23,729 bases of DNA from the IMG/VR virus record IMGVR_UViG_2651869696_000004, one strand, 5' to 3'. Origin of the DNA: a virus. Taxonomy: Duplodnaviria; Heunggongvirae; Uroviricota; Caudoviricetes. How positions within the stretch are numbered: the first letter of the stretch is position 1; every line of letters starts with the position of its first letter. A model generated the notes under the pieces. It worked only from the letters and a program-made list of their open reading frames with translations, was not told the origin of the DNA and did no database searches. Of this stretch, positions 18,073 to 23,729 are shown in pieces. The position numbers and the translations under genes are program-made.

Positions 18073-19806
18073 TTAAAGCGAGCGGATCCCATAGGACTCA
18101 ATGTGGTCAGACAGCGTGTCTTCTTTCTCGTACAGCATGGCTCTGCCAACCGCCATAATCAGCGCAACTGCACCATCGATTTTGTTTTCCGCCTGCTCTT
18201 TGACGGGCTTCACCACATCATCGTTACCCGGAATGGTTTTGCCGACCACGTTGCCGATACACCAGGTCATGATGGGATTGCCATCATGATGAAAGCGCCC
18301 CGATTCAATTGCCGCTTCCAGCTCTTTCATCGGGTCGGACATGTTGGTGTAGTTCTGAATGATAGTGATGGGGTTCAGGTCTTCATCAGCAAGGTCATGT
18401 GACAACCCGGTCGCCCCGAAGGGGTCGATGGGTGACTCACTGACCGGGCTGATTTTGTTCGCCGCTTTGGCCTCCTCGAGGATGTAGCGATAATCCACCT
18501 CCGCACCATCGGTAACGGTCAGAACGCCCATTTCCACCCATTTCTGAAAGCGTTCGGCTGTCCGGCGATCTTCATTTTTCTCGACGCTGTACACCGTGTC
18601 ATACGGTACCCAGAAACGCGGGGCCACACTGTAGTAATGCGTTTTACCGTCAATCTCGCGGGTATAAAGTCGCGCCATGCTGTTCATATCCAGCTTACGC
18701 GCCAGGTCAAAGGCCAGAATGCACGGCTGCCCCTCGAACTGCTCAAGGGTCAGTGATTTATCCTCGCAGCTCTGCCAGCTCACCAGGTTGAAATACGCCG
18801 AACGCGCCGACACCCAGATATTGAGGTGTTTTGTTTTAAAGACGTTTGCCAGACGGGCGTTATTTTTCGCACGCTGCTGCTGACTTAACAAAAATTCGCG
18901 ATAAACCGACACGCCAATATTTGGATTGGCTTTTTCCAGCACCTGCGGGTCGGTCCAGTCGTCACCTTCATCAACGGTATAGATGATCCCGAACAGTTCA
19001 TCGTTAGGCACCGAGCCGTTGAGCATCTCGATGACTTCCCGCCGTTTGTCGTAGCACGGCCCCTCAATGTTGTACCCGGCGGTAGTGATAGCCCACATCA
19101 GTGGCTGACGTCGCGCCCCCATCCCGGTAAGCATCGTGGTGTAAAGCGCATCTGTGGCGTGCTCGTGATATTCATCCACCACCGCACAGTGGGGTGATGA
19201 ACCATCACCGGGGTTACCGATCAGCGGTTCAAAACGCGCACCATCCTCCGGACGGTTCATGTTTGAGGCGTTAACCTCAATCCCGAACGCTTCCGTCAGC
19301 ATGGGTGTGCGTTTACACATCAGTCTTGCCGGACGAAAGACTTCCCATGCCTGTTTCTCCGTCGTGGCACCGGAATACACTTCCGCGCCGAACTCGTTAT
19401 CACAGGCAAAACAATACAGGGCGACACCGGCAGAGATTGCCGATTTGCCGTTCTTACGGGGGATTTCGGTATACACCTCACGGAAGCGGCGCAGCCGGGA
19501 GCCTTTATTGACCCAGCCAAACGCGCAGCAGATCACAAAGAGCTGCCACGGCTCCAGCGTGATGGGCATCCTCTTAAATGCCCACTCACCCTTAGTGTGC
19601 GGCAACAGCTGAATAAATTTCGCGGCCCGTTCAGCCAGGTCCTTGTCGAAGCGGTAACGAAACGACTTACTTTTTTCCGCCATCAGGTCATCAAGATGGC
19701 GCTGGCAGGCCTGAATCACAAACTGGCAGGCCACAATCTTTCCGCGCACGACATCACGGGCATACTGATTGGCAGCATTTACGTTGGGGTAAGATTTCCG
19801 GCTCAT
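18073..19806 (-). CDS. Terminase large subunit
   Basis: 577 aa; Walker A-like IPRKNGKS; C-terminal nuclease region; overlaps small subunit gene by 4 nt. Confidence 0.9.
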   Translation of the reverse strand: MSRKSYPNVNAANQYARDVVRGKIVACQFVIQACQRHLDDLMAEKSKSFRYRFDKDLAERAAKFIQLLPHTKGEWAFKRMPITLEPWQLFVICCAFGWVNKGSRLRRFREVYTEIPRKNGKSAISAGVALYCFACDNEFGAEVYSGATTEKQAWEVFRPARLMCKRTPMLTEAFGIEVNASNMNRPEDGARFEPLIGNPGDGSSPHCAVVDEYHEHATDALYTTMLTGMGARRQPLMWAITTAGYNIEGPCYDKRREVIEMLNGSVPNDELFGIIYTVDEGDDWTDPQVLEKANPNIGVSVYREFLLSQQQRAKNNARLANVFKTKHLNIWVSARSAYFNLVSWQSCEDKSLTLEQFEGQPCILAFDLARKLDMNSMARLYTREIDGKTHYYSVAPRFWVPYDTVYSVEKNEDRRTAERFQKWVEMGVLTVTDGAEVDYRYILEEAKAANKISPVSESPIDPFGATGLSHDLADEDLNPITIIQNYTNMSDPMKELEAAIESGRFHHDGNPIMTWCIGNVVGKTIPGNDDVVKPVKEQAENKIDGAVALIMAVGRAMLYEKEDTLSDHIESYGIRSL

Positions 19807-20306
19807 GATTCGATGATTTTCAGAAACGGGTTAGTGGCTTTCTTCTGCCCCGCCAGGCCAATCAGACGCTGGCGGCTGCTGGGGTCGAGTCCGAGCATTG
19901 CCCCCGTACTGCTCATCTCGGACTCCTGTTCTTTTTTGGCGGTCAGCTCCGGATTTTTGACCCTGCCGCCCATTGCACCGGTGATGGTGTTGCCCTGTCT
20001 GGCAATATTTTTCACGGCACGTCGCCAGAACTCGTAGGCCACGCACCACCGCTCAAGCACCGCGAGGTCAGTCACGCACAGCAGGCCCTGACCGCAGAGT
20101 TCTTTAGTTGTCAGTTGCCACATGATCGTAGCGAGAGGGAGATCTTCTTCAGCGAACCACTCCGGTGGCTCAACACCTTTGATGGGCGTAAAAACAGGTT
20201 CATCTTTATTCAGGGCTCGCTTGCCGGGGTTTCCGGCCAGCGCCTTGCGCGCCGTTGGCTTGGGGCGACGCCCGGAACGCCCCGCCGTTCCAGCCATATG
20301 CGGCAC
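19803..20306 (-). CDS. Terminase small subunit (P27 family)
   Basis: 167 aa, basic N-terminus; immediately upstream of large subunit. Confidence 0.8.
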   Translation of the reverse strand: MPHMAGTAGRSGRRPKPTARKALAGNPGKRALNKDEPVFTPIKGVEPPEWFAEEDLPLATIMWQLTTKELCGQGLLCVTDLAVLERWCVAYEFWRRAVKNIARQGNTITGAMGGRVKNPELTAKKEQESEMSSTGAMLGLDPSSRQRLIGLAGQKKATNPFLKIIES

Positions 20307-20335
20307 TCCTGGTTAAATTTCATTTTTCGCGGGTA

Positions 20336-20396
20336 TAAAAAAACGATGGGGCGGGCAGTCCGGAAGACGTCAGGTCACAGGGATTTGACCCGCCCC
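20336..20396 (-). other. Inverted repeat GGGGCGGG / CCCGCCCC (8-bp arms, 33-nt spacer) followed on the minus strand by a T7 run; candidate cos-region structure and/or intrinsic terminator
   Basis: Read directly in the 116-bp gap between HNH stop and terminase small subunit start. Confidence 0.35.
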
Positions 20397-20422
20397 TCCC
20401 CTCTGGCAGTGGGAACTGGTTC

Positions 20423-20773
20423 TTACTTCAGCCGTTCACGGGCCGTCTTCGCCTTATGACACAGCCAGCACAGACTCTGCAGATTACTGTCGGCATCAGA
20501 GCCGCCATGCGCTTTAGGAATGATGTGGTCAACGGTTTTCGCCTCACGCACCACACCAGCACGCAGACATAACTGACATAAACCTTTATCACGCTTCAGC
20601 ACACGCGCGCGGATAACATCCCACTTCGAACCATAGCCGCGCTGGTGACGGGATTGTCCTGGCTTGTATTGTTTCCAGCCTTCGCTTTTGTGGCTTTCGC
20701 AGTAGCCTGACGGGTCAGTCGTGGTATTGCGGCAGCCGCGAACGCGGCAGGCTTTTGGGATTCTAGGGGGCAT
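20423..20773 (-). CDS. HNH endonuclease (terminase-associated)
   Basis: 116 aa; CxxC...DHIIPKAHGG...N...LCWLCH zinc-finger HNH motif; immediately upstream of terminase genes; no obvious Shine-Dalgarno. Confidence 0.9.
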   Translation of the reverse strand: MPPRIPKACRVRGCRNTTTDPSGYCESHKSEGWKQYKPGQSRHQRGYGSKWDVIRARVLKRDKGLCQLCLRAGVVREAKTVDHIIPKAHGGSDADSNLQSLCWLCHKAKTARERLK

Positions 20774-20823
20774 ATAAAAAATTTATAATAAGTAAAATAA
20801 TAAAGAAAAATGCTCAAAGGCAA

Positions 20824-21378
20824 TTATCTTGACTCAAATACAAATCTAGAAGAGATGAGCTTATCAAGCATTTTCATAAGTAAATCCTTACTCTCACCAC
20901 CATTTATATATTTATTAAAGTTAGACTCGAACTCATGCCAAACTTTTTCTAACTCAGTATTATCAAATAAGTGCTCTGTCGCAAACCATGAAGATTGGCA
21001 ACAATCGAAAATACTCAAAAGCTCATCAAATCTTTTAACATTCTCTTCTCCCAACTCAATTTGCTGACTAATAAGATCTACATCTTTAAATAGCCATTTC
21101 GCAATAACTTGCTCTCGTTCATCATTGAGTTGCTCGGGGTCAATATTGACAGGCATAAATAATAGAGCTGTCTTTAATTTCTTTAATGCATTCCTAAAAT
21201 CTATTTTTACTTTTGTTTTCTCTTGTTCCCTCCACGTAAATAATGCCTTGAACGCCAAAAACAAAGTAACAATAGTAGCTCCAGCACTCACCCAAGATGC
21301 AATCATTGCCCAACAAGCCCACTCAGCAGCAGCACGGTTTGCTACAAGTGTCTCATATGCAATATAATTTTCGTTCAT
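20824..21378 (-). CDS. AT-rich moron: membrane-anchored protein of unknown function
   Basis: 184 aa; one N-terminal hydrophobic helix (about residues 20-47) then acidic helical domain; GAGGT Shine-Dalgarno 4-5 nt before the ATG; region conspicuously AT-rich versus flanking phage genes. Confidence 0.6.
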   Translation of the reverse strand: MNENYIAYETLVANRAAAEWACWAMIASWVSAGATIVTLFLAFKALFTWREQEKTKVKIDFRNALKKLKTALLFMPVNIDPEQLNDEREQVIAKWLFKDVDLISQQIELGEENVKRFDELLSIFDCCQSSWFATEHLFDNTELEKVWHEFESNFNKYINGGESKDLLMKMLDKLISSRFVFESR

Positions 21379-21455
21379 TTTTACCTCACTGTTAATAGTG
21401 AGAGTATTGTAACTAAAAGCATAATAACTAGAACAGTCAAATAAAAATATTTCAC

Positions 21456-21734
21456 CTAATGAATATTATTATTCAAATGCAGATTGTACTTTTGCTCTCC
21501 TAACCTACGAAGATCAGACTTATCACGGTTACATAGCCCCAGTGCTGATAGCAGACTTACATTCAAACTAAGACTATCCCCATAAGTCAGAGGATTGGGT
21601 ATAACTGGCTGTGGAGTTTCAGCGAGCAGGTTCGCCGGTAACGGTATCGTTGGAACCTGCACGTATACTGTCCGCGTACTTCCGCAACCGGTCAGCAGCG
21701 ACATCAGGCACAGGGCGTGAAGCGCAATCATCAT
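21456..21734 (-). CDS. Rz1: o-spanin (Rz1-like outer-membrane lipoprotein), overlapping the 3' end of Rz in another frame
   Basis: Internal start MMIALHALCLMSLLTGC with lipobox LTGC, followed by a Pro-rich segment; overlaps and extends beyond Rz. Confidence 0.65.
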   Translation of the reverse strand: MMIALHALCLMSLLTGCGSTRTVYVQVPTIPLPANLLAETPQPVIPNPLTYGDSLSLNVSLLSALGLCNRDKSDLRRLGEQKYNLHLNNNIH

Positions 21735-22011
21735 CCGCAACAGCCACTTTGATATCTTCCTGGGTTCTCTGTGACTCCAGTGCGATCTGCTGTTTTGCAT
21801 GCTGGTTAGCCTCCAAAACTGTATTGACGATTTGCATTGATTGCAGGACGTTATTGGTAATGGCAGTTGCTGATTCAGCATTTTGTAAAGCCTCATCAGC
21901 ACGTTTCTTTTCGTACTGATATTTGCTGTAGTAGTAGTTGGCTGACCAGATGAAAGAACCAATGGCAGTAACGAAAAAAGCAGCGATAATCAGCTTATAA
22001 CTCAACTTCAT
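21619..22011 (-). CDS. Rz: i-spanin (Rz-like)
   Basis: 130 aa; N-terminal transmembrane segment LIIAAFFVTAIGSFIW then coiled-coil periplasmic domain; directly after endolysin. Confidence 0.8.
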   Translation of the reverse strand: MKLSYKLIIAAFFVTAIGSFIWSANYYYSKYQYEKKRADEALQNAESATAITNNVLQSMQIVNTVLEANQHAKQQIALESQRTQEDIKVAVADDDCASRPVPDVAADRLRKYADSIRAGSNDTVTGEPAR

Positions 22012-22471
22012 TTACCACCCCACCAGCCTCTTTAAATCGGGCAATCAGGTCACCGATTTTATGTTCATACTGACCGTAACCTGCGCCCGGCAGTGAAGCC
22101 CAGATATTGCTGCAACGATCGATAGCCTGACGGATATCACCGCGATCAATCATCGGTAAAGCGCCACGCTCTTTAATCTGCTGCAATGCCACTGCGTCCT
22201 GGCTTTTGGGGGAGAAGTCTTTCAGACCAAGCTGTTTACGGTAAGCATCCCACCATCGGGAAAGAATCTGGTAGCGTCCAGCAGCCGTTGATTTAAGTTT
22301 TGGGTTTAGCGTGACAAGTTTGCGAGGGTGGTCGGAGTAATCAGTGAAGAGTTCACCACCGACAATAACGTCATAACCGTGGTTACATGTCGGTTGCCGT
22401 CCATTATCCGTTCCTTCTGACCATGCCACCATATCGAGGAAAGCTTTACGCTGGGAATTTAGTACCTGCAT
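21995..22471 (-). CDS. R: Endolysin, lambda R-type lytic transglycosylase
   Basis: 158 aa; close to lambda R over the full length as recalled from memory (NQRKAFLDM.AWSEGTDNGRQ...), not confirmed by search. Confidence 0.9.
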   Translation of the reverse strand: MQVLNSQRKAFLDMVAWSEGTDNGRQPTCNHGYDVIVGGELFTDYSDHPRKLVTLNPKLKSTAAGRYQILSRWWDAYRKQLGLKDFSPKSQDAVALQQIKERGALPMIDRGDIRQAIDRCSNIWASLPGAGYGQYEHKIGDLIARFKEAGGVVNEVEL

Positions 22472-22474
22472 AAA

Positions 22475-22810
22475 TTACTCCTTAGAGCCACCAAACTTGT
22501 TACCGATTACTCTCATTGCAGCCCCACGAATTGCATCGACCCCGATCAGCCCCACCCCACCACCAATGGCAACAGAAAGCGATTTAGGCCATCCGACATA
22601 CTCAAGCGCGGATGCAAAGGTCAGCGTCAGAGCGCCACAGAGCAAAATTTCGAGTGTTTTTCGTTTCCAGCCGCCACCACCACCAAAATAGGCAATACGC
22701 AAACCAGCCATAACAATCGACATAATCACTGCGCCCAGCGGCGTATCTCCACGCCACCAGCTCTGGAACAACTCCAGCCAGTCCGGCCAGGTATTTGGGT
22801 TATGAGGCAT
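22475..22810 (-). CDS. Putative holin (three predicted transmembrane segments); start set at ATG 22810
   Basis: Immediately upstream of endolysin; three hydrophobic segments and charged C-terminus; GAGGTGA upstream of ATG 22810; the track start at 22882 is a GTG inside the terminator hairpin. Confidence 0.55.
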   Translation of the reverse strand: MPHNPNTWPDWLELFQSWWRGDTPLGAVIMSIVMAGLRIAYFGGGGGWKRKTLEILLCGALTLTFASALEYVGWPKSLSVAIGGGVGLIGVDAIRGAAMRVIGNKFGGSKE

Positions 22811-22852
22811 TTCGTCATCTCTCACCTCGCGATTATTTGCGGGTGCTGTGTT

Positions 22853-22880
22853 GGAAATAAAAAGGCCACGCAACGTGGCC
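22853..22880 (-). terminator. Intrinsic terminator on the late-gene strand (7-bp GC stem, 3-nt loop, then TTTTTATTT)
   Basis: Minus strand reads GGCCACG-TTG-CGTGGCC followed by TTTTTATTTCC; lies between methyltransferase stop and holin start. Confidence 0.6.
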
Positions 22881-22887
22881 ACCAGAA

Positions 22888-23646
22888 TTATTTCCCCACC
22901 AGTTCACTTACCTCTTTCACTGTCTGGTTAAACCGATCTGACTCAAGCTCAACACCTAACGCCCGACGCCCCAGCTCCATTGCTGCTTTTATTGTGGAAC
23001 CAGATCCCATAAAAAAATCAGCAACCAGATCACCTGGTCGACTACTGGCATTGATTATTTGCCGGAGCATATCCGCCGGTTTCTCACACGGATGTTTACC
23101 CGGGTAGAACTGAACGGGTTTATGCGTCCAGACATCGGTATAAGGCACGGAGACTGATACGGAGAAATAGCGCCGGAGAGATTTAAACTCATCCAGCAAT
23201 TCAGAATATTTGCGATTCAGTGAATCATAAGATGCCACCAGCTGGTGGTGTGTCTGTTCCAGTTGTTGTTCCTGAAACTTCTCTGCCGCTATACGGGAAA
23301 ACAGTGCCTGCAACTTCCGGTAGTCAGCCTCATTCGGCAACTGCCACTGACTGGCACCAAACCAGTGGGAAACCATGTTTTTCTTACCAGTGGCTTCGGC
23401 AATCTGTTTTGCCGTTATACCCAGTTCGGCACGTGCATCCCTGAAATACGATATCAGCGGTGCCATTATGTGCTGTTTGAGTTCCCTTTCTTTTTCCGCA
23501 TAGCCGTCACTTTTGCCGCGATATGGCCCCTGGTAATGTTCAGCAAACAGAACGCGCTCTGTAGCGGGGAAATATGCCCGCAGGCTTTCTTTATTACACC
23601 CGTTCCATCGTCCGGACGGCTTCGCCCAGATGGGTAATGACTCCAA
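22888..23646 (-). CDS. DNA methyltransferase (N6-adenine/N4-cytosine, beta-class-like) lacking the N-terminal DPPY-type motif in this frame
   Basis: C-terminus HPCEKPADMLRQIINASSRPGDLVADFFMGSGST matches the HPTQKP...DPFAGSGTT AdoMet-binding region of YhdJ-type methylases; no DPPY-like motif upstream; TTG start. Confidence 0.7.
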   Translation of the reverse strand: MESLPIWAKPSGRWNGCNKESLRAYFPATERVLFAEHYQGPYRGKSDGYAEKERELKQHIMAPLISYFRDARAELGITAKQIAEATGKKNMVSHWFGASQWQLPNEADYRKLQALFSRIAAEKFQEQQLEQTHHQLVASYDSLNRKYSELLDEFKSLRRYFSVSVSVPYTDVWTHKPVQFYPGKHPCEKPADMLRQIINASSRPGDLVADFFMGSGSTIKAAMELGRRALGVELESDRFNQTVKEVSELVGK

Positions 23647-23647
23647 C

Positions 23648-23729
23648 TTATTGATAGTGTTTTATGTTCAGATAATGCCCGATGACTTTGTCATGCAGCT
23701 CCACCGATTTTGAGAACGACAGCGACTTC
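23648..23729 (-). CDS. 3' end of an ORF entering from the right edge (stop TAA 23648-23650)
   Basis: Open frame from window edge ending 2 nt before the methyltransferase TTG; may be the missing N-terminal part of the methyltransferase in another frame, or a separate gene. Confidence 0.3.
   Translation of the reverse strand, partial: KSLSFSKSVELHDKVIGHYLNIKHYQ

Noticed and set aside
3442-20459. Numerous plus-strand ORFs embedded in minus-strand structural genes (for example 5083-5541, 7271-7768, 9017-9346, 12794-13384, 13396-13971, 15144-15677, 17289-17798, 19597-20037, 20115-20459)
   Set aside because: All are antisense to long, syntenic, protein-like minus-strand genes and have Arg/Ser/Cys-rich composition typical of antisense frames in GC-rich DNA; no independent support.
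20810-21367. Plus-strand ORFs 20810-21067 and 21125-21367 in the AT-rich region
   Set aside because: Low-complexity translations antisense to the 184-aa moron ORF, which has a good ribosome-binding site; treated as AT-rich artefacts.
21456-21962. Full 168-aa ORF overlapping Rz
   Set aside because: Only the 3' portion from the internal MMIALHALCLMSLLTGC start is consistent with a lipoprotein o-spanin; the upstream part is out-of-frame read-through of Rz.
22811-22882. N-terminal 24-codon extension of the holin ORF from the GTG at 22882
   Set aside because: The GTG lies inside the terminator hairpin and has no ribosome-binding site; ATG 22810 with GAGGTGA upstream is more plausible.
1-23729. 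CRISPR arrays, tRNA or rRNA genes, integrase or attachment sites
   Set aside because: No direct-repeat/spacer periodicity, no cloverleaf-like conserved tRNA sequence and no integrase-like ORF were seen; the integration module presumably lies outside this window.

Overview
The window is almost entirely the late (lysis + morphogenesis) region of an enterobacterial mosaic prophage of the SfV/e14 type, transcribed right-to-left on the minus strand. All calls are from reading the sequence and ORF track by eye; no searches were run. Order, right to left: a DNA methyltransferase ORF lacking its N-terminal motif, an intrinsic terminator, holin, lambda R-like endolysin, Rz/Rz1 spanins, an AT-rich membrane-protein moron, HNH endonuclease, terminase small and large subunits, HK97-type portal, protease and major capsid, head-tail joining genes, then a Mu-like contractile tail module (sheath, tube, chaperone pair with a -1 slippery site, tape measure, DNA circulation, baseplate proteins). 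The tail module ends in an invertible tail-fibre segment bounded by two inverted 26-bp Gin/Pin-type crossover sites. The cognate invertase gene survives only as a 43-codon N-terminal stub, and the alternative fibre tip is one nucleotide out of frame, so the switch looks fossilised. Abutting the stub is a plus-strand DUF1524/GmrD-like HNH nuclease gene with a partner ORF entering from the left edge, a likely type IV restriction-like cargo. The two best candidates for an undescribed function are that nuclease locus and the AT-rich moron between the lysis cassette and the HNH/terminase genes.
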